Notes: a model not told the origin generated them from the sequence alone. Shown: positions 34,877 through 45,281, counted from the stretch's first letter. The stretch: 64,000 bases of DNA from Rhynchopus sp. YZ270_cl-10 (GCA_964035575.1 OZ037839.1:1674001-1738000); one strand, 5' to 3'. A program made the numbers and translations.

Positions 34877-36403
34877 ATGGAACTGATTATCCAGGGCTTG
34901 GGGAAGGACTTCGTGATTGAGGTGGGTGAGAACGACACAACGGAGACGATGCGGCAGAAGGTGGCGTCTGCAACAGAGTTGTGCGAAGACAGCTTCCGCA
35001 TGGGCTTCGGAGGGAAGGAGGAAGGAGAGGACATCACAGAACTGAGTGCTGGAGACACAGTCGTGTTGACGAAAACAATTAAGTACGAAGCCATATCAGC
35101 TCTTCATGCATTGGGTGAGACAAACATCACAGCAGAAAGGTTGCAGCAGGTGGAGGATCCGAAGGTGGCCAGCTTGCTTCTTCAGGCAGAAGTTGCGACT
35201 GCGATTCCAACAAACTTCTTCTCAGGTAGTGACGTAACGCGCATTGGTTTCAGTTGCGTACCCAATGTGGATGACAACTGTGGCATCACACTGCACCTGC
35301 CTGCATTACCCTGCGTCACCACGATTGGTGGCGGGTTTCTCTCCGAATGCGATACGTTGTCGGAAGCCGACCTCACCGGCCTGCAATCAGTCACCACGAT
35401 TGGTTACAATTTTCTCTCCTACTGCGATACGTTGTCGAAAGTAGACCTCACCGGCCTGCAATCAGTCACCACGATTGGTGAGGAGTTTCTCTACAACTGC
35501 AAAACGTTGTCGAAAGTCGACTTGACCGGCCTGCGATCAGTCACCACGATTGGTAATAATTTTCTCTCCTCCTGCGATACGTTGTCGGAAGTCGACTTCA
35601 CCGTCCATAAAACAGTCACCACGATTGGTGACAATTTTCTCTCCTACTGCGATACGTTGTCGAAAGTAGACCTCACCGGCCTGCGATCAGTCACCACGAT
35701 TGGTAGCAATTTTCTCTCCTCCTGCGATACGTTGTCAGATGTCGACCTCACTGGCCTGCGATCAGTTACGACGATTGGTGACAGGTTTCTCTACAACTGC
35801 ACATCGTTGTCGGAAGTAGACCTCACCTGCCTGCAATCAGTCACCACGATTGGTGACAGGTTTCTCTCCTCCTGCGATACGTTGTCGGATGCCGACCTCA
35901 CCTGCCTGCAATCAGTCACCACGATTGGTGACTGGTTTCTCTACAACTGCGATACGTTGTCGGAAGTCGACCTCACCGGATTGCAAGCAGTCACCACGAT
36001 TGGTGACAATTTTCTCTCCTACTGCGATACGTTGTCGAAAGTCGACCTCACCGGCCTGCAAGCAGTCACCACGATTGGTGACAATTTTCTCTCCTCCTGC
36101 GATACGTTGTCGAAAGTAGACCTCACCGGCCTGCAAGCAGTCACCACGATTGGTGACAGTTTTCTCTCCTCCTGCGATACGTTGTCGGAAGTAGACCTCA
36201 CCAGCCTGCAAGCAGTCACCACGATTGGTAACAATTTTCTCACCTCCTGCGATACGTTGTCGAAAGTCAACCTCACCAGCCTGCAAGCAGTCACCACGAT
36301 TGGTTACAATCTTCTCTCCGACTGCACATCGTTGTCGGAAGTCGACGGAAGGGACAAGTGTAGCAACGTTGTACGCAGCAGACTAGGTGACGTTGGTTTT
36401 TAG
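34877..36403 (+). CDS. UBL-header + LRR protein, copy 3 (508 aa, 14 x 25-aa units)
   Basis: Intact ORF; 75-bp tandem units VTTIGxxFLxxCxxLSxVDLTGLQx. Confidence 0.92.
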   Translation: MELIIQGLGKDFVIEVGENDTTETMRQKVASATELCEDSFRMGFGGKEEGEDITELSAGDTVVLTKTIKYEAISALHALGETNITAERLQQVEDPKVASLLLQAEVATAIPTNFFSGSDVTRIGFSCVPNVDDNCGITLHLPALPCVTTIGGGFLSECDTLSEADLTGLQSVTTIGYNFLSYCDTLSKVDLTGLQSVTTIGEEFLYNCKTLSKVDLTGLRSVTTIGNNFLSSCDTLSEVDFTVHKTVTTIGDNFLSYCDTLSKVDLTGLRSVTTIGSNFLSSCDTLSDVDLTGLRSVTTIGDRFLYNCTSLSEVDLTCLQSVTTIGDRFLSSCDTLSDADLTCLQSVTTIGDWFLYNCDTLSEVDLTGLQAVTTIGDNFLSYCDTLSKVDLTGLQAVTTIGDNFLSSCDTLSKVDLTGLQAVTTIGDSFLSSCDTLSEVDLTSLQAVTTIGNNFLTSCDTLSKVNLTSLQAVTTIGYNLLSDCTSLSEVDGRDKCSNVVRSRLGDVGF

Positions 36404-36840
36404 GGAAGGAAAGAAAGCGGGAGTGGGGATTGGGGTGTTAGGATTATTCGGTGGGTTTGGGACAAAAAAAAGAAAGTGTACACTGTCACGAGAGGTGATT
36501 TTTTTCCATTGCAAGCCAACTTCTCAAGAGCAGTGCCGTAGGACCATAGTAGAGCGCCCTTGGATCCTGCGACGGCGAAAGACCCATCAGCATCCACTAG
36601 CTCGTTCACTCCGAAGCTTCCCTTCAGGGATAGATGGCAACTCCAAAACATCTCATCTGTGGACGGCATCATCTCCAAAGTGAGAGTCTGTGACGGTGCC
36701 ACACGTGACGCAGAGGGTGGTGCACCCCCCTCCGCTGCTCGCAGTCCGGAGGTGTCCCTGCATTAGCAACTATGTTCCCTTGACCACACCACACAGACAC
36801 ACCCTCTGCTCTCTTCTCTCTCTCTCTCTCTCTTTTCACC

Positions 36841-39462
36841 ATGGAGGTAATGGTCGAGGTTGTGGGTCGGAGTGCGCTGGACATTGTTGAGTTCGCTGAG
36901 GACGCAAACGTCGGTGCATTCTATACTGCTGTTGCGGAGACGTGCGGGCTTGCGGCAGACAGCTTCTCGCTGCTGTGGAAGGGCGAGACGCTTGCGGACA
37001 TGGCCACACCCATGAGCTCTGTTGGTGCGCAGGCAGGCGACACGTTCACGGCGGACATGAAGCAAACAGACCGCATTGCTTACCCACGCGTTCTGCAGAG
37101 GAGGGAGCGCTTCACCATGGCCCTGCGCACGGAGGTCCGCAAGAAGCCCCTTTGGTTCACGAAGATCATGGATGAGAGCATCCGCAAGAAGTGGGTCACA
37201 GAGGCGATGGAGGCGCGCGACGTAGGTCCGGTGCTGGACTACGGCGAGGAGAGCTTCCTCCCATACGACAAGAACGCAGCGTGCAAGGACACCCTCGCCG
37301 CTCTCGCCTCCGAAGCGGCACTCATCACTGCAGGCAAACCCCTCATCTCCCCCGAGCCTGACTACATGCGCCACCAAGATGGCATGATCCCGCCCGCCCT
37401 CGCCAACACCCTGAACAAACTTCTTGCACCCTTCCGCGAGGCAAAAGACTGGCATCCCGGAAGCAATGACCAGGTCCTCGATTTGATCCACCCTTCGCTT
37501 TACTGCCTTGTGAAGGATTCGGAGAAGCCAACAAAGAAGAGAAGAAAGCATCTCGTGTCGAGCACGCTGGATGGGAGGCCGAGTTCGGAGTATGCGTGGA
37601 TCCCGACGGATTTCAAAGTGGGTGCGGATGGGACTGTTGCACCGGAGGGGTACATCAACAACATTCCTGTTGAGGCAACGGAGCTGACGGAGGTTGTGTG
37701 CGATGTGCTGTCACGCTTCTTGCCGCTTCTGTCTGCAGTGCGGAGCATCACGGATTCGGATACCTTCTCCGAAAGCGAGCTGAGCGAGCAGGAGCTGACC
37801 GACGCCGACAAACAGGAACTCAACGACGTGCTGGAACACCTCGACAGCAAATACATGAAAGAGGGGGCAGACGAGGCTGGCATCATCTTCGACAACGGCG
37901 ACGTGCGCTCTGTGTACCACAAGAAAGCAGCCAAGATCGAGGACATCGACTCTGCTGCCTTCCGCGCCGTACTGACGCACCTCGACGACGGCGAGCCTGA
38001 CAAAATCACCCGGAGCGAGGTCATCGAAGTCGCTGGGAGGCTGGACCTAACAGTACCTGGAGGCGACGCTATGGATGAGGACGAAGGGGAGGATGACGAC
38101 GACGACGATGATGATGACGATGACGAAGCAGAAGAGGAAGAGGAAGAAGAAACGGACGCAAAGCCAACCTCGACCAAACCTGTACTGACGTGCCCCTTCG
38201 AGCTAGCCTTCAAAGGAGATCTGGACGCACTGAAGCGCTCCCCAGGTGTGCACAGCGGCACTGTGAACAACCTGCATAAGGACCGTGGCACCTCCCTTCT
38301 GTACACTGCAGCGAGGTTTGGCCACATGCCGGTGGTGCAGTGGTTGGTGCAGAAGTTGTCTGCGTTTGTGAACATTGCAAACAGCGAGGCAGGGTCTGCC
38401 TCCACACCTCTGCACGGGGCTGCATACGGTGGGCACGCTGCTATTGCCGCACTCCTGATGAAGCATGGTGCAGACAAATCAGCAAAGAACAAACACGGAG
38501 ACACGCCATTGGAGGATGCAGGCAACCCTGCGTCTGGGGTGAGCAAGGCTGCACAGAAGAAGGTTAAGAAGGCGATCACCGATGCGAAGAAACGCAGAAT
38601 CGCAAGAGCAAAGCCAGACCGCACGCTTGCGGAGAAGGAAGCGAAGGCCTCACCAGGCACCGTAGACTCCGCAGGGCTGGACCTTATCATTGAAATCGCA
38701 AAGCACAACACGAAGAAAGGAACCAAAACCACTGCAAAGGAGATTGCACTGAAGCTCTTCGCGCACGTCACGGAAGATCTCGGACACAAAGAATGGTGCC
38801 ACGTCAGCAGCCTCGAAGACGCCATCAAAGCACGCAAACGCCACGAACACTCCGACCATCAAAGGGAGCTCAAACAACGCCTCAAACTCGGCAAAAAATT
38901 CCAGGTTATTGTGAAGGCTGCAGACATTGTTCTTACCCCAGAAAACCCTGTCTATCCTGGGGGCACCTGGCACCTTGAAGGGAGCAGGGAGGAACGCATT
39001 GTGGCGACTGGGATCTACTATTACGATCAAGACAACGTGACACCGTCGCACCTTTGCTTCCGCAAGCTGGTCGACGCAGAGGATATGGAGTACGAACAGT
39101 GCCAGCACGACCACATCTACACTGAATACAGGGTAGAACCGAATGACATGACGAACATGATATTAGGTGAGGTGTCGACACCAACCGGGAGGTGCATCGC
39201 GTTCCCCAACGACCTGCAGCACAAGGCTGCACCCTTCCAGCTGGTGGACCACACAAAGCCAGGATTTAGGAAGATGCTTGTCTTCTTCGTCGTCAGCCCC
39301 GAAGAAAGAATACCGTCCACCTCGGACATCCCACGCCAGCAGGACTTCGTGACTTTAGAGCAGGCTCTCCGTAACCGCTTGGAACTGATGGAGGACAGAA
39401 AGGGCTACACCGCTGGGGTGAACAGTGAATGGGAAGAGGAGGTGTCTTTGTGTGAACATTAA
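36841..39462 (+). CDS. UBL-header + DUF4246 (putative 2OG-Fe(II) oxygenase-like) protein with inserted acidic tract and ankyrin repeats (873 aa)
   Basis: DWHPGSNDQVLDLIHPSLY, YINN, QVIVKAADIVLTPENP.Y.GG.WHLEG, IVATGIYYYD, FPNDLQHK match DUF4246 motifs as I recall them. Ankyrins LLYTAARFGH and TPLHGAAYGGH. Confidence 0.85.
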   Translation: MEVMVEVVGRSALDIVEFAEDANVGAFYTAVAETCGLAADSFSLLWKGETLADMATPMSSVGAQAGDTFTADMKQTDRIAYPRVLQRRERFTMALRTEVRKKPLWFTKIMDESIRKKWVTEAMEARDVGPVLDYGEESFLPYDKNAACKDTLAALASEAALITAGKPLISPEPDYMRHQDGMIPPALANTLNKLLAPFREAKDWHPGSNDQVLDLIHPSLYCLVKDSEKPTKKRRKHLVSSTLDGRPSSEYAWIPTDFKVGADGTVAPEGYINNIPVEATELTEVVCDVLSRFLPLLSAVRSITDSDTFSESELSEQELTDADKQELNDVLEHLDSKYMKEGADEAGIIFDNGDVRSVYHKKAAKIEDIDSAAFRAVLTHLDDGEPDKITRSEVIEVAGRLDLTVPGGDAMDEDEGEDDDDDDDDDDDEAEEEEEEETDAKPTSTKPVLTCPFELAFKGDLDALKRSPGVHSGTVNNLHKDRGTSLLYTAARFGHMPVVQWLVQKLSAFVNIANSEAGSASTPLHGAAYGGHAAIAALLMKHGADKSAKNKHGDTPLEDAGNPASGVSKAAQKKVKKAITDAKKRRIARAKPDRTLAEKEAKASPGTVDSAGLDLIIEIAKHNTKKGTKTTAKEIALKLFAHVTEDLGHKEWCHVSSLEDAIKARKRHEHSDHQRELKQRLKLGKKFQVIVKAADIVLTPENPVYPGGTWHLEGSREERIVATGIYYYDQDNVTPSHLCFRKLVDAEDMEYEQCQHDHIYTEYRVEPNDMTNMILGEVSTPTGRCIAFPNDLQHKAAPFQLVDHTKPGFRKMLVFFVVSPEERIPSTSDIPRQQDFVTLEQALRNRLELMEDRKGYTAGVNSEWEEEVSLCEH

Positions 39463-39870
39463 GAGAAACAGAACAACGTTGTGTGGAGTGAACATCCAGG
39501 ACTTTCCCTGGGGTGTCCCTCAGCGAGCTGAGCATATGCAGTTAAGTTACAGTAACGCACAAAAAAATAAAGTTCCCCATCTCTATGCATCTACTTATAC
39601 CGATAAGTTCTGGCTCTGAAACCAGCAAAAGTACTCAAGCTATTTCCATGTAACATTTCTGTTCCCGCCTACTCCCGTCTCCAATTCAAAGGGCCTCCGG
39701 TCCGCAGGCGCTCCTGCATTGATTGCAAACGCTACCTGGTGGTCTAAACGGCCTGCTTCCATGGTGGGAACCGCCTGGGAGCAATGGACTGGCAGGCGTG
39801 ACACTTCGAGGAGCTGTGCTCTTCCTTACCAAACAACCCACCCGCAGAGATACATCAAGACACACATAAA

Positions 39871-42222
39871 ATGGAACTGACTATTCAGGGCTTGGGGAAG
39901 GACTTCGTGATGGAGGTGGGTGAGAAGGACACAACGGAGACGATGCGGCAGAAGGTGGCGTCTGCAACAGAGTTGTGCGAAGACAGCTTCCACATGGGCT
40001 TCGGAGGGAAGGAGGAAGGAGAGGACATCACAGAACTGAGTGCTGGAGACACAGTCGTGTTGACGAAAACAATGAAGTACGAAGCCATATCAGCTCTTCA
40101 TGCATTGGGTGAGACAAACATCACAGCAGAAAGGTTGCAGCAGGTGGAGGATCCGAAGGTGGCCAGCTTGCTTCTTCAGGCAGAAGTTGCGACTGCGATT
40201 CCAACAAACTTCTTCTCAGGTAGTGACGTAACGCGCATTGGTTTCAGTTGCGTACCCAATGTGGATGACAACTGTGCCATCACACTGCACCTGCCTGCAT
40301 TACCCTGCGTCACCGCGATTGGTGACAGGTTTCTCTTCCACTGCACAACGTTGTCGGAAGTGGACCTGCGCGGCTTGCAAGCAGTCACCACGATTGGGGA
40401 CGGGTTTCTCTCCAACTGCGATACGTTGTCGGAAGTCAACCTGACCAGCCTGCAAGCAGTCACCACGATTGGTTACAATTTTCTCTCCTGCTGCACAACG
40501 TTGTCGGAAGTGGACCTGCGCGGCTTGCAAGCAGTCACCACGATTGGGGACGGGTTTCTCTCCAACTGCACATCGTTGTCGGAAGTCAAACTCACCGGCC
40601 TGCAAGCAGTCACCACGATTGGTAACTGTTTTCTCTACAACTGCACAACGTTGTCGGAAGTAGACCTCACCGGCCTACAATCAGTCACCACGATTGGTTA
40701 CAATTTTCTCTCCTGCTGCACAACGTTGTCGGAAGTGGACCTGCGCGGCTTGCAAGCAGTCACCACGATTGGGGACGGGTTTCTCTCCAACTGCACATCG
40801 TTGTCGGAAGTCAAACTCACCGGCCTGCAAGCAGTCACCACGATTGGTAACTGTTTTCTCTACAACTGCACAACGTTGTCGGAAGTAGACCTCACCGGCC
40901 TGAAATCAGTCACCACGATTGGTGAGGAGTTTCTCTACCACTGCACATCGTTGTCGAAACTCTACCTGACCGGCCTGCAATCAGTCACCACGATTGGTGC
41001 CAATTTTCTCTCCTCCTGCGATATGTTGTCGCAAGTCGACCTGACCGGCCTGCAAGCAGTCACCACGATTGGTGGCGGGTTTCTCTCCGAATGCGATACG
41101 TTGTCGGAAGCCGACCTCACCGGCCTGCAATCAGTCACCACGATTGGTGAGGAGTTTCTCTACAACTGCAAAACGTTGTCGAAAGTCGACTTGACCGGCC
41201 TGCGATCAGTCACCACGATTGGTTACTATTTTCTCTCCTACTGCGATAAGTTGTCGAAAGTAGACCTCACCGGCCTGCAATCAGTCACCACGATTGGTGA
41301 GGAGTTTCTCTACAACTGCAAAACGTTGTCGAAAGTCGACTTGACCGGCCTGCGATCAGTCACCACGATTGGTAATAATTTTCTCTCCTCCTGCGATACG
41401 TTGTCGGAAGTCGACTTCACCGTCCATAAAACAGTCACCACGATTGGTGACAATTTTCTCTCCTACTGCGATACGTTGTCGAAAGTAGACCTCACCGGCC
41501 TGCGATCAGTCACCACGATTGGTAGCAATTTTCTCTCCTCCTGCGATACGTTGTCAGATGTCGACCTCACTGGCCTGCGATCAGTTACGACGATTGGTGA
41601 CAGGTTTCTCTACAACTGCACATCGTTGTCGGAAGTAGACCTCACCTGCCTGCAATCAGTCACCACGATTGGTGACAGGTTTCTCTCCTCCTGCGATACG
41701 TTGTCAGATGTCGACCTCACTGGCCTGCGATCAGTTACGACGATTGGTGACAGGTTTCTCTACAACTGCACATCGTTGTCGGATGCCGACCTCACCTGCC
41801 TGCAATCAGTCACCACGATTGGTGACTGGTTTCTCTACAACTGCGATACGTTGTCGGAAGTCGACCTCACCGGATTGCAAGCAGTCACCACGATTGGTGA
41901 CAATTTTCTCTCCTCCTGCGATACGTTGTCGAAAGTAGACCTCACCGGCCTGCAAGCAGTCACCACGATTGGTGACAGTTTTCTCTCCTCCTGCGATACG
42001 TTGTCGGAAGTAGACCTCACCGGCCTGCAAGCAGTCACCACGATTGGTAACAATTTTCTCACCTCCTGCGATAAGTTGTCGAAAGTCAACCTCACCAGCC
42101 TGCAAGCAGTCACCACGATTGGTTACAATCTTCTCTCCGACTGCACATCGTTGTCGGAAGTCGACGGAAGGGACAAGTGTAGCAACGTTGTACGCAGCAG
42201 ACTAGGTGACGTTGGTTTTTAG
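39871..42222 (+). CDS. UBL-header + LRR protein, copy 4 (783 aa, 25 x 25-aa units)
   Basis: Intact ORF; near-identical N- and C-caps to copy 3 but 11 more units. Confidence 0.92.
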   Translation: MELTIQGLGKDFVMEVGEKDTTETMRQKVASATELCEDSFHMGFGGKEEGEDITELSAGDTVVLTKTMKYEAISALHALGETNITAERLQQVEDPKVASLLLQAEVATAIPTNFFSGSDVTRIGFSCVPNVDDNCAITLHLPALPCVTAIGDRFLFHCTTLSEVDLRGLQAVTTIGDGFLSNCDTLSEVNLTSLQAVTTIGYNFLSCCTTLSEVDLRGLQAVTTIGDGFLSNCTSLSEVKLTGLQAVTTIGNCFLYNCTTLSEVDLTGLQSVTTIGYNFLSCCTTLSEVDLRGLQAVTTIGDGFLSNCTSLSEVKLTGLQAVTTIGNCFLYNCTTLSEVDLTGLKSVTTIGEEFLYHCTSLSKLYLTGLQSVTTIGANFLSSCDMLSQVDLTGLQAVTTIGGGFLSECDTLSEADLTGLQSVTTIGEEFLYNCKTLSKVDLTGLRSVTTIGYYFLSYCDKLSKVDLTGLQSVTTIGEEFLYNCKTLSKVDLTGLRSVTTIGNNFLSSCDTLSEVDFTVHKTVTTIGDNFLSYCDTLSKVDLTGLRSVTTIGSNFLSSCDTLSDVDLTGLRSVTTIGDRFLYNCTSLSEVDLTCLQSVTTIGDRFLSSCDTLSDVDLTGLRSVTTIGDRFLYNCTSLSDADLTCLQSVTTIGDWFLYNCDTLSEVDLTGLQAVTTIGDNFLSSCDTLSKVDLTGLQAVTTIGDSFLSSCDTLSEVDLTGLQAVTTIGNNFLTSCDKLSKVNLTSLQAVTTIGYNLLSDCTSLSEVDGRDKCSNVVRSRLGDVGF

Positions 42223-42659
42223 GGAAGGAAAGAAAGCGGGAGTGGGGATTGGGGTGTTAGGATTATTCGGTGGGTTTGGGACAAAAAAAAGAAAGTGTAC
42301 ACTGTCACGAGAGGTGATTTTTTTCCATTGCAAGCCAACTTCTCAAGAGCAGTGCCGTAGGACCATAGTAGAGCGCCCTTGGATCCTGCGACGGCGAAAG
42401 ACCCATCAGCATCCACTAGCTCGTTCACTCCGAAGCTTCCCTTCAGGGATAGATGGCAACTCCAAAACATCTCATCTGTGGACGGCATCATCTCCAAAGT
42501 GAGAGTCTGTGACGGTGCCACACGTGACGCAGAGGGTGGTGCACCCCCCTCCGCTGCTCGCAGTCCGGAGGTGTCCCTGCATTAGCAACTATGTTCCCTT
42601 GACCACACCACACAGACACACCCTCTGCTCTCTTCTCTCTCTCTCTCTCTCTTTTCACC

Positions 42660-45281
42660 ATGGAGGTAATGGTCGAGGTTGTGGGTCGGAGTGCGCTGGA
42701 CATTGTTGAGTTCGCTGAGGACGCAAACGTCGGTGCATTCTATACTGCTGTTGCGGAGACGTGCGGGCTTGCGGCAGACAGCTTCTCGCTGCTGTGGAAG
42801 GGCGAGACGCTTGCGGACATGGCCACACCCATGAGCTCTGTTGGTGCGCAGGCAGGCGACACGTTCACGGCGGACATGAAGCAAACAGACCGCATTGCTT
42901 ACCCACGCGTTCTGCAGAGGAGGGAGCGCTTCACCATGGCCCTGCGCACGGAGGTCCGCAAGAAGCCCCTTTGGTTCACGAAGATCATGGATGAGAGCAT
43001 CCGCAAGAAGTGGGTCACAGAGGCGATGGAGGCGCGCGACGTAGGTCCGGTGCTGGACTACGGCGAGGAGAGCTTCCTCCCATACGACAAGAACGCAGCG
43101 TGCAAGGACACCCTCGCCGCTCTCGCCTCCGAAGCGGCACTCATCACTGCAGGCAAACCCCTCATCTCCCCCGAGCCTGACTACATGCGCCACCAAGATG
43201 GCATGATCCCGCCCGCCCTCGCCAACACCCTGAACAAACTTCTTGCACCCTTCCGCGAGGCAAAAGACTGGCATCCCGGAAGCAATGACCAGGTCCTCGA
43301 TTTGATCCACCCTTCGCTTTACTGCCTTGTGAAGGATTCGGAGAAGCCAACAAAGAAGAGAAGAAAGCATCTCGTGTCGAGCACGCTGGATGGGAGGCCG
43401 AGTTCGGAGTATGCGTGGATCCCGACGGATTTCAAAGTGGGTGCGGATGGGACTGTTGCACCGGAGGGGTACATCAACAACATTCCTGTTGAGGCAACGG
43501 AGCTGACGGAGGTTGTGTGCGATGTGCTGTCACGCTTCTTGCCGCTTCTGTCTGCAGTGCGGAGCATCACGGATTCGGATACCTTCTCCGAAAGCGAGCT
43601 GAGCGAGCAGGAGCTGACCGACGCCGACAAACAGGAACTCAACGACGTGCTGGAACACCTCGACAGCAAATACATGAAAGAGGGGGCAGACGAGGCTGGC
43701 ATCATCTTCGACAACGGCGACGTGCGCTCTGTGTACCACAAGAAAGCAGCCAAGATCGAGGACATCGACTCTGCTGCCTTCCGCGCCGTACTGACGCACC
43801 TCGACGACGGCGAGCCTGACAAAATCACCCGGAGCGAGGTCATCGAAGTCGCTGGGAGGCTGGACCTAACAGTACCTGGAGGCGACGCTATGGATGAGGA
43901 CGAAGGGGAGGATGACGACGACGACGATGATGATGACGATGACGAAGCAGAAGAGGAAGAGGAAGAAGAAACGGACGCAAAGCCAACCTCGACCAAACCT
44001 GTACTGACGTGCCCCTTCGAGCTAGCCTTCAAAGGAGATCTGGACGCACTGAAGCGCTCCCCAGGTGTGCACAGCGGCACTGTGAACAACCTGCATAAGG
44101 ACCGTGGCACCTCCCTTCTGTACACTGCAGCGAGGTTTGGCCACATGCCGGTGGTGCAGTGGTTGGTGCAGAAGTTGTCTGCGTTTGTGAACATTGCAAA
44201 CAGCGAGGCAGGGTCTGCCTCCACACCTCTGCACGGGGCTGCATACGGTGGGCACGCTGCTATTGCCGCACTCCTGATGAAGCATGGTGCAGACAAATCA
44301 GCAAAGAACAAACACGGAGACACGCCATTGGAGGATGCAGGCAACCCTGCGTCTGGGGTGAGCAAGGCTGCACAGAAGAAGGTTAAGAAGGCGATCACCG
44401 ATGCGAAGAAACGCAGAATCGCAAGAGCAAAGCCAGACCGCACGCTTGCGGAGAAGGAAGCGAAGGCCTCACCAGGCACCGTAGACTCCGCAGGGCTGGA
44501 CCTTATCATTGAAATCGCAAAGCACAACACGAAGAAAGGAACCAAAACCACTGCAAAGGAGATTGCACTGAAGCTCTTCGCGCACGTCACGGAAGATCTC
44601 GGACACAAAGAATGGTGCCACGTCAGCAGCCTCGAAGACGCCATCAAAGCACGCAAACGCCACGAACACTCCGACCATCAAAGGGAGCTCAAACAACGCC
44701 TCAAACTCGGCAAAAAATTCCAGGTTATTGTGAAGGCTGCAGACATTGTTCTTACCCCAGAAAACCCTGTCTATCCTGGGGGCACCTGGCACCTTGAAGG
44801 GAGCAGGGAGGAACGCATTGTGGCGACTGGGATCTACTATTACGATCAAGACAACGTGACACCGTCGCACCTTTGCTTCCGCAAGCTGGTCGACGCAGAG
44901 GATATGGAGTACGAACAGTGCCAGCACGACCACATCTACACTGAATACAGGGTAGAACCGAATGACATGACGAACATGATATTAGGTGAGGTGTCGACAC
45001 CAACCGGGAGGTGCATCGCGTTCCCCAACGACCTGCAGCACAAGGCTGCACCCTTCCAGCTGGTGGACCACACAAAGCCAGGATTTAGGAAGATGCTTGT
45101 CTTCTTCGTCGTCAGCCCCGAAGAAAGAATACCGTCCACCTCGGACATCCCACGCCAGCAGGACTTCGTGACTTTAGAGCAGGCTCTCCGTAACCGCTTG
45201 GAGCTGATGGAGGACAGAAAGGGCTACACCGCTGGGGTGAACAGTGAATGGGAAGAGGAGGTGTCTTTGTGTGAACATTAA
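42660..45281 (+). CDS. Second copy of the UBL-DUF4246-ankyrin protein (identical 873 aa)
   Basis: Translation identical to 36841..39462; at least one synonymous difference (GAA versus GAG near 45203). Confidence 0.85.
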   Translation: MEVMVEVVGRSALDIVEFAEDANVGAFYTAVAETCGLAADSFSLLWKGETLADMATPMSSVGAQAGDTFTADMKQTDRIAYPRVLQRRERFTMALRTEVRKKPLWFTKIMDESIRKKWVTEAMEARDVGPVLDYGEESFLPYDKNAACKDTLAALASEAALITAGKPLISPEPDYMRHQDGMIPPALANTLNKLLAPFREAKDWHPGSNDQVLDLIHPSLYCLVKDSEKPTKKRRKHLVSSTLDGRPSSEYAWIPTDFKVGADGTVAPEGYINNIPVEATELTEVVCDVLSRFLPLLSAVRSITDSDTFSESELSEQELTDADKQELNDVLEHLDSKYMKEGADEAGIIFDNGDVRSVYHKKAAKIEDIDSAAFRAVLTHLDDGEPDKITRSEVIEVAGRLDLTVPGGDAMDEDEGEDDDDDDDDDDDEAEEEEEEETDAKPTSTKPVLTCPFELAFKGDLDALKRSPGVHSGTVNNLHKDRGTSLLYTAARFGHMPVVQWLVQKLSAFVNIANSEAGSASTPLHGAAYGGHAAIAALLMKHGADKSAKNKHGDTPLEDAGNPASGVSKAAQKKVKKAITDAKKRRIARAKPDRTLAEKEAKASPGTVDSAGLDLIIEIAKHNTKKGTKTTAKEIALKLFAHVTEDLGHKEWCHVSSLEDAIKARKRHEHSDHQRELKQRLKLGKKFQVIVKAADIVLTPENPVYPGGTWHLEGSREERIVATGIYYYDQDNVTPSHLCFRKLVDAEDMEYEQCQHDHIYTEYRVEPNDMTNMILGEVSTPTGRCIAFPNDLQHKAAPFQLVDHTKPGFRKMLVFFVVSPEERIPSTSDIPRQQDFVTLEQALRNRLELMEDRKGYTAGVNSEWEEEVSLCEH

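Noticed and set aside
35317..42170. 75-bp periodic repeats as a CRISPR array
   Set aside because: They are in-frame coding LRR units with no unique spacers and no cas genes, in a eukaryotic context.
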